Of a stretch of 64,000 nt of DNA, positions 1-8,117 are shown in pieces. Position numbers and translations under genes: made by a program. Numbering within the stretch: position 1 is the stretch's first letter; each line of letters opens with the position of its first letter. The stretch is from a virus. Its lineage: Duplodnaviria > Caudoviricetes. The stretch covers positions 14,759 through 78,758 of IMG/VR virus record IMGVR_UViG_2865671049_000004; one strand, given 5' to 3'. The notes below the pieces were generated by a model. The model was not told where the DNA came from. It saw nothing but the letters and a program-made list of their open reading frames with translations, and made no database searches.

Positions 1-1
1 C

Positions 2-316
2 TACGCCGTCCGCGAGGTCCCCTTCCGGAACGCCACCGACCTCGGCCGCACCCCGTGCCTCGTCTGCGCGGTCCCCCCGGCCACCGAGTGGACCGTCACC
101 CCGGACAATCTCGGCGAGCTGCTGGAGATCGTCGACCCGTCGAAGGTCCACTACGCCCCCGCCGGGCCCGGCCGCTACGTCAGCGTCGAGGCCGACGGCC
201 TGACCGTCATGGCGCACAAGGGCCTGGCCCGCACCTGGGCCCGGTTCGGCGACACGATCCGCCGTGAGCGTGGCGGCCGCTACACCGTCCAGCACGCCAC
301 CGCCCTGGAGGGCTGA
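2..316 (+). CDS. Hypothetical phage protein (5' truncated by window edge)
   Basis: Open frame YAVREVPF...QHATALEG* with high GC3; includes CLVC. Confidence 0.7.
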   Translation, partial: YAVREVPFRNATDLGRTPCLVCAVPPATEWTVTPDNLGELLEIVDPSKVHYAPAGPGRYVSVEADGLTVMAHKGLARTWARFGDTIRRERGGRYTVQHATALEG

Positions 317-321
317 CCGTC

Positions 322-501
322 ATGACCACCCCGCAGCCCGAGTTGACCCCCGCCGAGTGGGACGAGCGTGAACGCCGTCTCGACGCCGACATCAACGACG
401 CCCGCAAGGCCCTCAACGCTGCCCGCAACCACTTCGACCAACTCTGCGAGGAGCGCCGCGAGATGCGCTACCAGCGGATCGAGACCGCCCTGGAGGGCTG
501 A
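322..501 (+). CDS. Small coiled-coil hypothetical protein (59 aa)
   Basis: MTTPQPEL...IETALEG*, GGAGG upstream, TGATG coupling to next gene; below the ORF-track cutoff. Confidence 0.75.
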   Translation: MTTPQPELTPAEWDERERRLDADINDARKALNAARNHFDQLCEERREMRYQRIETALEG

Positions 502-713
502 TGACCACCCCGCCGACCATCGAAGACGCCGTCCTCGGCCTGCTCGACGCCCTCGACGAATCGGATATCGACCGGCCCGCCCGCCAGGCCCTCACCGCAG
601 TCCTCGACGCCCTCCACGGGGCGGACACCGCCACCGTGCACCGAGCCGTGGAGCACGCCAAGACCGTCCTGCGCGAGCACCCCTTCATCGACGCCGCCGA
701 CCTGGAGAACTGA
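501..713 (+). CDS. Hypothetical protein
   Basis: ORF track 70 aa, coupled start, high GC3. Confidence 0.75.
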   Translation: MTTPPTIEDAVLGLLDALDESDIDRPARQALTAVLDALHGADTATVHRAVEHAKTVLREHPFIDAADLEN

Positions 714-714
714 C

Positions 715-1257
715 GTGACCACCCAGTCCGCGCTCACCGACGTGCAGCTGCGCGAAGCCGTCTGCACCGCGATCGTCGATGACGCCCTCAAGCCCCGCGC
801 CGAGCGCCTCGGCCTCGTCGACGCGATGCTCGCGGTCGTCTGGCCCCAACTCGACGCCGCCCGCCGGTCCGCCCGGGCCAGCGAGGAGAGCGCCACCATC
901 CTCCAGCGGCAGATCGACGCCCAGGCTGCCGAGCTGGACGCGATGACCGACCTCCGCCAGCGCCTGGCGACGGCCGAGGCCACGATTGAGCGGATGGAGC
1001 GCACCAACCGCATGGTCAACGGCGGTGCCCGCGACGCCCGCGAGCGCGCTGAGCGGGCCGAGGCCGAGCTGGACGCCGCCCGCGCCGAGCTCGCCACCGT
1101 CCGCGAGCAGCTGGCCGAGGCGACGATGACGCCCCGCGAGCGCGCCAACCGCCGCGTCCGGGCCCTCGTCAACGCCGGCGACTACGAAGGCGCCATGGCC
1201 GCCGCTGAAGCCTTCGAGGCCAGCGAGGCGCACGCCGCTACCAACCCGCAGCTGTGA
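715..1257 (+). CDS. Coiled-coil hypothetical protein
   Basis: 180 aa, heptad-rich Ala/Glu/Arg sequence. Confidence 0.75.
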   Translation: MTTQSALTDVQLREAVCTAIVDDALKPRAERLGLVDAMLAVVWPQLDAARRSARASEESATILQRQIDAQAAELDAMTDLRQRLATAEATIERMERTNRMVNGGARDARERAERAEAELDAARAELATVREQLAEATMTPRERANRRVRALVNAGDYEGAMAAAEAFEASEAHAATNPQL

Positions 1258-1290
1258 CCGCCCGTACCGCCACCTGACCGGAGGACCACC

Positions 1291-1638
1291 GTGCGCCGGA
1301 CCGCCGCCGACGACATCGACCCCGTCGCCATCGACCGCGTCATCAACAACCACCAGCCCCTCCCCGACCTCACCCCCGCCGAGAAGCGCCACGCCGCCGC
1401 CATCCTCCGCAAGGCCGGCATGACGTACCTCGCCATCGCCGCCCGCCTCCGCGCCCCCAAGGGCACCGTCTACGACTGGCTCCGCACCGCCCCGCCCCAG
1501 CCGATCCGGCACATCCCCTGCCCGTCCCGCGCCGCCTACCACCGGCACTTGGCGGCCGGCGAGGACTGCCCGCCCTGCCGGAGCGCGAACGCTGCCGCAG
1601 ACCGCCGCTACCGCCACACCGGCACCACCGCCGCCTGA
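1291..1638 (+). CDS. HTH DNA-binding protein with C-terminal Cys/His motif
   Basis: GMTYLAIAARLRAPKGTVYDWL HTH; CPSRAAYHRH...CPPCRSANA; GGAGG RBS. Confidence 0.65.
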   Translation: MRRTAADDIDPVAIDRVINNHQPLPDLTPAEKRHAAAILRKAGMTYLAIAARLRAPKGTVYDWLRTAPPQPIRHIPCPSRAAYHRHLAAGEDCPPCRSANAAADRRYRHTGTTAA

Positions 1639-1647
1639 CCCGCCCCC
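1628..1647 (+). repeat. 20-bp direct repeat, left copy (CCGCCGCCTGACCCGCCCCC)
   Basis: Identical to 2921-2940. Confidence 0.9.
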
Positions 1648-1666
1648 TACCGACCGGAGGACCACC

Positions 1667-2173
1667 GTGCACCGTGCCGCACCCATCGCCCTCGCCGCCT
1701 ACATCGCCACCATCCCCACCGCCAACTGGGCCGTGCAGCACTACGGCATGGTCCCCGTCGGCCTCGGCTACCTCGCCCCCGCCGGCGTCTACCTCGTCGG
1801 CGCCGCCCTCGTCCTTCGCGACCTCGCCCGCGAGAGCGCCGGACGCTGGCCCGTCGCCGCCGCCATCACCGTCGGAGCCGCCCTCTCCTGGTGGCTCGCC
1901 ACCCCCGCCCTCGCCCTCGCCAGCTGCGCGGCGTTCGCCCTCTCCGAAGCCCTCGACATGGCCGTCTACGAGCCGCTCCGCCGACGCGGCCTCCTGGTGG
2001 CGATGGCCGCCTCCAACGCGGTCGGCCTGGCCGTCGACAGCCTGCTGTTCCTGTGGCTCGCCTTCGGATCGCTGCAGTTCCTGCCCGGACAGCTCCTCGG
2101 CAAGACGTGGATGACCCTCACCGCCATCGCCACCATCTCCCTGTGGCGCCGCACCCGAACGGCCACCGCATGA
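1667..2173 (+). CDS. VUT/YhhQ-family queuosine-precursor (preQ0/preQ1) transporter-like membrane protein
   Basis: Multiple TM helices; ANW, LVLRD, SEALD..VY, SNAVG..VDSLLFLWLAF, GQLLGK motifs typical of the family. Confidence 0.75.
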   Translation: MHRAAPIALAAYIATIPTANWAVQHYGMVPVGLGYLAPAGVYLVGAALVLRDLARESAGRWPVAAAITVGAALSWWLATPALALASCAAFALSEALDMAVYEPLRRRGLLVAMAASNAVGLAVDSLLFLWLAFGSLQFLPGQLLGKTWMTLTAIATISLWRRTRTATA

Positions 2174-2931
2174 AGTTCTACCTCGGCACCCACATGCCCA
2201 ACTGGCTCGCCACCGCCGGCGTCCCCCTCTTCATCTCCCGCAACCGCCTCAAAACCCGCCGCACCTTCCCCCGCGCCATCGCCCCCTGGGCCCTCGACTC
2301 CGGCGGCTTCACCGAACTCATGCAGCACGGCCGGTGGACGATCACCCCCGAGCAGTACGTCACTGAAGTCCGCCGCTACCAGGACGCCATCGGCCAGCTC
2401 GACTGGGCCGCCCCCATGGACTGGATGTGCGAACCGTGGGTCATCGAAGGCGGCCAACACGGCCCCCTCACCTTCACCGGAACCGGCCTCACCGTCGCCG
2501 AACACCAGCGCCGCACCGTCGACAACCTGATCGAACTGCGGGCCCTCGCACCAGACCTGCCGTTCATCCCCGTCCTTCAAGGCTGGACCCTCGCCGACTA
2601 CGAGCACTGTGCGCAGCTATACGCGGACGCCGGCATCGACCTCGCCGCCGAGCCCGTTGTCGGCCTCGGCTCCGTCTGCCGACGCCAAGCCACCACGGAA
2701 ATCGGCGACATCGTCACCCTGTTCACCAGCCGCGGCCTGCGCCTACACGGCTTCGGCGTGAAAACCCGCGGGCTCGCCGACTACGGCGACGACCTCGGGT
2801 CTGCCGACTCGATGGCCTGGTCGCTGGCCGCCCGCCGCTCCGCCCCGCTGGCCGGCCACACGCACAAGAACTGCGCGAACTGCCCCGACTGGGCCCTCGC
2901 CTGGCGCCGGCGGATCCTCGCCGCCGCCTGA
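2170..2931 (+). CDS. Queuine tRNA-ribosyltransferase-like (TGT/DpdA-like) base-exchange protein
   Basis: LDSGGF, PVLQG, GLGS, LHGFG, SADSMAWS motifs; ATGA overlap with the transporter gene. Confidence 0.75.
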   Translation: MKFYLGTHMPNWLATAGVPLFISRNRLKTRRTFPRAIAPWALDSGGFTELMQHGRWTITPEQYVTEVRRYQDAIGQLDWAAPMDWMCEPWVIEGGQHGPLTFTGTGLTVAEHQRRTVDNLIELRALAPDLPFIPVLQGWTLADYEHCAQLYADAGIDLAAEPVVGLGSVCRRQATTEIGDIVTLFTSRGLRLHGFGVKTRGLADYGDDLGSADSMAWSLAARRSAPLAGHTHKNCANCPDWALAWRRRILAAA

Positions 2932-2940
2932 CCCGCCCCC
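2921..2940 (+). repeat. 20-bp direct repeat, right copy
   Basis: Identical to 1628-1647. Confidence 0.9.
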
Positions 2941-2990
2941 GGCCGGGCGGCCACCACCGCCCGGCCCCACCGACACCCCAGGAGAACCCG

Positions 2991-3335
2991 ATGTCCACCG
3001 CACTCACCCCCGCCGACCTCGTCCGCGACGCCGAGGACAGCCTTACGGCCGCCCGCTTCGCCGAGACCCTCCTCGCCAAGTACCCCGACCTGCCCATCGC
3101 CCGGATGCACGCCGTCGGCGTCGACGGCGAGGAGCAGGTCGGCCCCCTGCTGGAGATCCAGGTCGGCGACGACCCCGAGGCCGTCGCCAAGTGGGCGGCC
3201 GAGGTCGGCGTCAGCGTCGAGCAGGGCCCGTTCCTCAGCCTCACCCAGCACCGCGCGACCACCGTCGTCGACGGCGTCACGGTCATGGTCACCGCGTACG
3301 AGGAGCACGAGGACGAGGACGACGAGCAGTACTGA
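2991..3335 (+). CDS. Hypothetical protein
   Basis: AGGAGA RBS, MSTALTP...EDEDDEQY*. Confidence 0.75.
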   Translation: MSTALTPADLVRDAEDSLTAARFAETLLAKYPDLPIARMHAVGVDGEEQVGPLLEIQVGDDPEAVAKWAAEVGVSVEQGPFLSLTQHRATTVVDGVTVMVTAYEEHEDEDDEQY

Positions 3336-3386
3336 CCGCCTGCCGCCGCACCCCGGCGGCCGACCCCACCCCCGAAGGAGAGCACC

Positions 3387-3827
3387 GTGACCGAGAACCC
3401 GATCCTCGACTACCTCAACACCCTGCCGCCCGTCGCCGTCGCCCCGTTCGTCCTCCGCCGCACCGAAGACGTCACCGGCGTCTCCGGTACCGGCATCGTC
3501 GCCGACGGCGCCCTCTTCCCCGCTGCTGGCCAGAACAAGGCTGTCGTCCGCTGGCGCGGCGAGCGCGGATCCACCGTCGTCTGGGACCGCATTCAGCACG
3601 TCAAGGAGATCCACGGCCACGACGGCCGCACGACTGTCGAGCTGATCCCCGTCGGCGAGTTGATCGCCGCGCTCAAGGCCGTCGTCAGCCTTCCGTCCGC
3701 ACCCGTCTACTCCGACCACCCCGGGCACATCGCCACCGTCACCGGCTACAACACCGCACTCAGCGACGTTCGCACGGCGATCATCCTCGCGATCGAGGCC
3801 CTGCACGACCACGACGAGGCCCTGTGA
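3387..3827 (+). CDS. Hypothetical phage protein
   Basis: 146 aa; FVLRRTEDVTGVSGTGIVADG motif resembling actinophage early proteins. Confidence 0.7.
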   Translation: MTENPILDYLNTLPPVAVAPFVLRRTEDVTGVSGTGIVADGALFPAAGQNKAVVRWRGERGSTVVWDRIQHVKEIHGHDGRTTVELIPVGELIAALKAVVSLPSAPVYSDHPGHIATVTGYNTALSDVRTAIILAIEALHDHDEAL

Positions 3828-3883
3828 TCGAACCGCCCGCGCCCGACGACCAGCCCATCCCCTGCTGAAGGAGCACCCACCCC

Positions 3884-4039
3884 ATGCCCGTCTTCATCCT
3901 CGGCCTGCTGCTCGGCGGCGTATCCGGCGTCGGCACCTACATCCTCACCGCTGACGGCTCGCTGTCCGCCCTCGTGGCCGCCGCCGTCGCTGTCTGCTGC
4001 TGGCTCGGCATCGCCGCCGTCCTGTTCATCGACGACTGA
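3884..4039 (+). CDS. Small two-TM membrane protein (51 aa)
   Basis: MPVFILGLLLGG...WLGIAAVLFIDD*, AAGGAG RBS. Confidence 0.7.
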   Translation: MPVFILGLLLGGVSGVGTYILTADGSLSALVAAAVAVCCWLGIAAVLFIDD

Positions 4040-4119
4040 CCGCCACCGCCCGGGCCGGCTGCCCCCGCGACAGCCAGCCCGGCCCCACCTCCTAACCACC
4101 TCCTGACCGAGGAGCCACC

Positions 4120-4773
4120 GTGCCCGACCAGACCCCCGAGCCCATCGTTCCCGCCTCGATCGTCGACCTGTGGAACCGCTTCGGCTGGCCCGACGAGGAC
4201 ACGCTCGCCGCGATGGCCACGCCCGTTGACCCCCTGCTGACCAAGGAGCCCGCCGTGCCGGAGCCGACCGACCCGTTCGCTGCCACCCAAGCGCCGCTCG
4301 ACGTCATCCACGCCGCCGCCACAACCCTCGCCACCGCCGACCACCTGACGCTCGACCGCGACGGCGTTCACGCCCTGACCGTCCTGCTGCGCGTCACCGC
4401 ATGGCAGGCGGAGTCCAACCCCTTCGCAGCCGTGGAAGCCCTCGCCGTCGCCCGTGCCGTGCTCGGCGGGTGCCGAATGAGCGCCGGCGCCAGCGTCCCC
4501 GACTGGCTCGTCGACTACTTCACGCGGCGAGAGGCCGGCCGGGCCCAAGCCGTCGCCACTGTCCTCACTGGCCTGACCGAGCGGGAGCTGCTGCTCGTCA
4601 TGGAAGCGGCCGTCATGGGCTGGGTACAGGGCCAGCGGCATCACGACCTTCCGGTCCCCGGGAACCGGAAGATCCTGACCTCGGTCGTGGACGCCTGCCT
4701 CAGCTTCGCGGACATCTATCCGACGATCAGCGGCTACGTCGAAGAAGCCGAGGACGACGAGGCCGCCGAGTGA
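4120..4773 (+). CDS. Hypothetical protein, probably an in-frame fusion of 2-3 small genes
   Basis: Internal RBS+GTG at 4255; ATG at 4477 within an ATGA-overlap-like junction. Confidence 0.6.
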   Translation: MPDQTPEPIVPASIVDLWNRFGWPDEDTLAAMATPVDPLLTKEPAVPEPTDPFAATQAPLDVIHAAATTLATADHLTLDRDGVHALTVLLRVTAWQAESNPFAAVEALAVARAVLGGCRMSAGASVPDWLVDYFTRREAGRAQAVATVLTGLTERELLLVMEAAVMGWVQGQRHHDLPVPGNRKILTSVVDACLSFADIYPTISGYVEEAEDDEAAE

Positions 4774-4997
4774 CCGGGCCCGAGCTGGCCGGCCTGCTGG
4801 TCGTCCTTACCGCCATCACCGCCGCCGTCCTCGGCACCCTCGGTTGGGACCTGCGGCGCACCATCCGCTCCGCCGAGACCACCACCGAGACCGCCCTCGC
4901 CGCCCGATGCGCCGCCGCCGCCGAACAGGCCGAGCTGCAGCTCATGGCCGACGCCATCAGATCCGGCCTCATCTACCCCGGAGAGGAAACCCAGTGA
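4770..4997 (+). CDS. Small membrane-anchored hypothetical protein
   Basis: N-terminal TM helix, GTGA coupling. Confidence 0.7.
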   Translation: MTGPELAGLLVVLTAITAAVLGTLGWDLRRTIRSAETTTETALAARCAAAAEQAELQLMADAIRSGLIYPGEETQ

Positions 4998-5281
4998 CCG
5001 CCTTTCCCGCAGTCCAAGGCCACTGCCCCGCCTGCTCCCGCAGCACGCTGATCCTCGGCGCCGGCGGGTACGTCACCTGCGCCCACCTCGACTGCCCCAG
5101 CCCGACCGCGGCCAGCGACCTGCTGGACCGGCCGGGTGCAGCCGACATCGTGCACACCCTCCGCAACGCCCACGTAGGCCCGAACGAGGCTGATGGCATC
5201 GAAGCCGCGATCGACATTCTCACCGGCGAACGCCCCGCCCAAAGGCCCAAGCGCAACCGGCCGACCAGGAGGAAGCCGTGA
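4994..5281 (+). CDS. Zn-finger hypothetical protein (DUF6085-like)
   Basis: VQGHCPAC...LGAGGYVTCAHLDCPSP. Confidence 0.6.
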   Translation: MTAFPAVQGHCPACSRSTLILGAGGYVTCAHLDCPSPTAASDLLDRPGAADIVHTLRNAHVGPNEADGIEAAIDILTGERPAQRPKRNRPTRRKP

Positions 5282-5556
5282 CCCGCGCCGAAGTCCTCGC
5301 CAAGGCCATCGAGTGGGCCGCCAAGGCCGAAGACGCCGAAGCCACCCGGAACCACCACATCCGCGAGGCAGACCGCAACGCCCGCATCAAGTACTGCGAG
5401 CACCACGTCGCCACCCACCGCGCCAGAGCCGACGATGCCGCCGCAGAACGGCAGACCTCCATCGACATGGCCGCCATGTGGACCGCCATCGCTGCTGCCC
5501 TGCCCGGACCACAGCCCTACATCGCGTTCACCACCCCCGAGGAGCCGACCCCGTGA
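5278..5556 (+). CDS. Hypothetical protein
   Basis: 92 aa, coupled start and stop. Confidence 0.7.
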   Translation: MTRAEVLAKAIEWAAKAEDAEATRNHHIREADRNARIKYCEHHVATHRARADDAAAERQTSIDMAAMWTAIAAALPGPQPYIAFTTPEEPTP

Positions 5557-5954
5557 GCTCTCAGCCCCGCTCCAGCCACCGCATCAGCGGCCCCGCCCTG
5601 TGGCACATCCTCGACATCCAGCGGCAGGCCCGGCGCCTCTCCTGGCGAGGCGTCGCCCGCGAGACCGGCACCGCCACCGGCTCCCTGTTCACCCGCCTCC
5701 AGCGCGACGACATCAGCCTCCACGGTGACAGCCTCGTCAGCCTGCTCGTCTGGCTCGGCCTCGACGAGCAGATCCGCCCGCTCATCGTGGCTACGGGCAG
5801 CACCACCGCGCCTGGCCCCGAGACCGAGCCCCCTGGGATAGCTGTGCTCGTCCACATTCTGCGGAACAGCAAGGTCTCGCATCTGCAGCGCGCGTTCCGC
5901 GAGTGCGACATGAAGATCACATTCGACGCCACCCCGGAGGAGCCGACCTCGTGA
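5553..5954 (+). CDS. XRE-like HTH domain protein
   Basis: LSWRGVARETG...LFTRL...LVSLLVWLG. Confidence 0.55.
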   Translation: MSSQPRSSHRISGPALWHILDIQRQARRLSWRGVARETGTATGSLFTRLQRDDISLHGDSLVSLLVWLGLDEQIRPLIVATGSTTAPGPETEPPGIAVLVHILRNSKVSHLQRAFRECDMKITFDATPEEPTS

Positions 5955-6370
5955 GCCTCCTCACCGCCCGTCAGCTGCAGATCCTCACCCGGGTGGCCGA
6001 GGGTGACAGCAACCCGCAGATCGCGAAGCGCTACGACCTGGCCCTCGGTACCGTCGCCACCCACCTCGTGAAGATCCGCGCGCGGCTCGGCGCCCGGGAC
6101 CGAGCGCACGCCGTTCACCTCGCGCACGAGGCTGGCCTGCTCGGACGCAAGCCCCGCCGCCCCAGCGCCCAGCAGGTGAGCATCCTCGCTCTCGCTGGCG
6201 ACGGGCTCTCGAACGCCCAGATCGCCGAGGGGCTGGGCCTGCCCGTCCACGTGGTCAAGAACTCCCTCCACAAGACGTTCCTGCTGCTCGGCGTTGCTCG
6301 CCGGGCGGATGCCATCGACGCCGCCCGACGGGCCGGCCTCATCCCCACCCCCCTGAGGAGCGCCGCATGA
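5951..6370 (+). CDS. Regulator with two tandem LuxR-type HTH domains
   Basis: LTARQLQIL..VAEG.SNPQIA..HL.KIRARLGARDRAHAV and a second PSAQQVSIL..G.SNAQIA..LHKTF..LGV.RRADA. Confidence 0.75.
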   Translation: MSLLTARQLQILTRVAEGDSNPQIAKRYDLALGTVATHLVKIRARLGARDRAHAVHLAHEAGLLGRKPRRPSAQQVSILALAGDGLSNAQIAEGLGLPVHVVKNSLHKTFLLLGVARRADAIDAARRAGLIPTPLRSAA

Positions 6371-7056
6371 CCGAGCCCACCACCGACCTCGCCGCCCTGC
6401 TCGGCCAACGCGTCACCGTCACCGGCCCCAACGGCAGCACGTGGGCCGGCACCCTCACAGCCCTCGCCGACCAGCCGACTGCCGTCATCGACCGACCCGA
6501 CGGTGGACGCGTCTCCCTGCCGCAGAGCTACACGTACACCGTGGTGTCCCGCCCGGAGGACGAACTCCGCGAGCAGCTGGCCGCCGCCGAAGCCCGCATC
6601 GCCGCCGCCCGGGCGCTGCACTATGCCGAGGGTTCCCAGTGGGGCGGCCTGCAGTGCTACCTGTGCCGCGACCCGTACCCGTGCGCCACGGTGACCGCGC
6701 TCGACACCTCGACCGCCGCCTTCGCCCTGCCTGTCGACGTCCTCGGCGCGCTCGTTCGAATCGCCCGCCACGTTTCCGCTGGCCGTGACGCTGTCGGCGC
6801 CCAGGAGCCGTACCCGGACGTGGCCGCCCGGTGGGCGCTGGGCCGGCTCGACGACGTCGGGCTCCTTGCTCGGCTCGACGGTCACACCTGCGCGGATGGT
6901 GAGCCGTGTCCGGCTCATGACGAGATCGCCGACACCCCGGCCGCACCGTGCGACCACCGGAACCCGAAGCGCCTCGCCTGTCGGCCCCTCGACCTCGCCG
7001 TCGTCTGCGCCTGCGGCACCGAGGTCACAGCCGGTCTCCGACCGCACCGGCGCTGA
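6367..7056 (+). CDS. Mosaic hypothetical protein
   Basis: 229 aa with several small Cys-containing modules (CYLC..YPCAT). Confidence 0.65.
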   Translation: MTEPTTDLAALLGQRVTVTGPNGSTWAGTLTALADQPTAVIDRPDGGRVSLPQSYTYTVVSRPEDELREQLAAAEARIAAARALHYAEGSQWGGLQCYLCRDPYPCATVTALDTSTAAFALPVDVLGALVRIARHVSAGRDAVGAQEPYPDVAARWALGRLDDVGLLARLDGHTCADGEPCPAHDEIADTPAAPCDHRNPKRLACRPLDLAVVCACGTEVTAGLRPHRR

Positions 7057-7176
7057 CCTGGCAGTAACGATGTGGCAGCCTCGCGTGACGGCCCGAATCG
7101 TTCCTGCCGACCGGGCCATTTTCCGTGACCTTTTCGGGCTCTGGCCGGGCATTTACCAGCTCTGTACAACGGACTC

Positions 7177-7374
7177 ATGACCAACCCCGAGTACTTCCCG
7201 ATCAGCGCCGCGCACCTGCGGAACTTCTTCGACGCCGACGGCAAGCCCCTTGCCGGGCGGAGCAAGTGTCCGACGTGCGGCAAGACCGTCTTGTTCCAGC
7301 TGGACTTCTCGAACGGGCAGGTGATGCGGTTCCGCAGTCCCTGCCACGCCTTTGAGGTGCCGACGCCCAGTTGA
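7177..7374 (+). CDS. Small Zn-ribbon hypothetical protein
   Basis: KCPTCGK; preceded by a 120-bp promoter-like gap. Confidence 0.55.
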   Translation: MTNPEYFPISAAHLRNFFDADGKPLAGRSKCPTCGKTVLFQLDFSNGQVMRFRSPCHAFEVPTPS

Positions 7375-7465
7375 TCGTTGGCGTTCCTCAACGCGCCCGA
7401 CCGCTTTGGTCGGGCGCTTTCGCGTGTCAGGTCCGGTGGAACGGTGGACTCGGTACGCTCTGCCG

Positions 7466-7825
7466 GTGACTGAGACACCTGCTTCGTTCGCTGCCCTGCG
7501 TGCTGCCACCGACGCCAATGGCGGTGTTCATCGGACGACCGTTCGGACGCTTCGCAACCTGGTTGGCCAGTCCCGGATGAGTCGGGGCGTAGCGGAGAAG
7601 ATCGAGCTGAACCTCAACGCGGTGGGGTTGCGGTACCTGCCGCCGCAGATTCCTGAGGGGCAGGACGACGTGGTGGTGCTGCACACTGACGCCGAGGGGC
7701 TGGCTTCGGTGATCAGCCTGGTGCGGCGGATGGCTGCTGCGCCCGCGGATGATCGTCGGTCGGTGATGACTGCTTCGCAGTTGAGCTGGGAGTTGCGGCG
7801 GTTGCAGGGTGGGGCCGGCTCGTAG
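7466..7825 (+). CDS. Hypothetical protein (moron-like)
   Basis: MTETPASF...LQGGAGS*; start chosen within ORF 7352-7825; followed by a strong hairpin. Confidence 0.55.
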   Translation: MTETPASFAALRAATDANGGVHRTTVRTLRNLVGQSRMSRGVAEKIELNLNAVGLRYLPPQIPEGQDDVVVLHTDAEGLASVISLVRRMAAAPADDRRSVMTASQLSWELRRLQGGAGS

Positions 7826-7830
7826 GTGTG

Positions 7831-7867
7831 CGTGTGCCCCGCCGGCTTGGGTCCGGCGGGGCACACG
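7831..7867. terminator. Perfect 15-bp-stem hairpin
   Basis: cgtgtgccccgccgg-cttgggt-ccggcggggcacacg. Confidence 0.75.
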
Positions 7868-8117
7868 TGGTCGTCTGCGGGCGGCCTGTTCCGGGTGATC
7901 GCGCCAAGGGGGCCGATGACGTGATCAGGCGGGGTTGCGGCAGGTCATGCCGGGCCTGTCCGGGGAGACGACGCCCTCGGCCTGGGAGGCCGCCGAGGGC
8001 TGCGGCCGGCGGGCACTGACCGCGGTCTCACGGTAGACCTGCCGGGCCGGTTCCGGAAGTCTTGACTCCGCTCTCTTCGGGGCCCATGCTGACCGTCCCT
8101 CACGAAGGAGGTCACCG

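Noticed and set aside
1638-1666. preQ1 riboswitch upstream of the transporter
   Set aside because: The gap is only about 28 bp and holds just the linker and RBS; there is no A-rich pseudoknot tail.
7870-8110. Small ORFs between the 7831 terminator and the DUF6300-like gene
   Set aside because: No frame has a convincing RBS, codon bias or motif; left unannotated.
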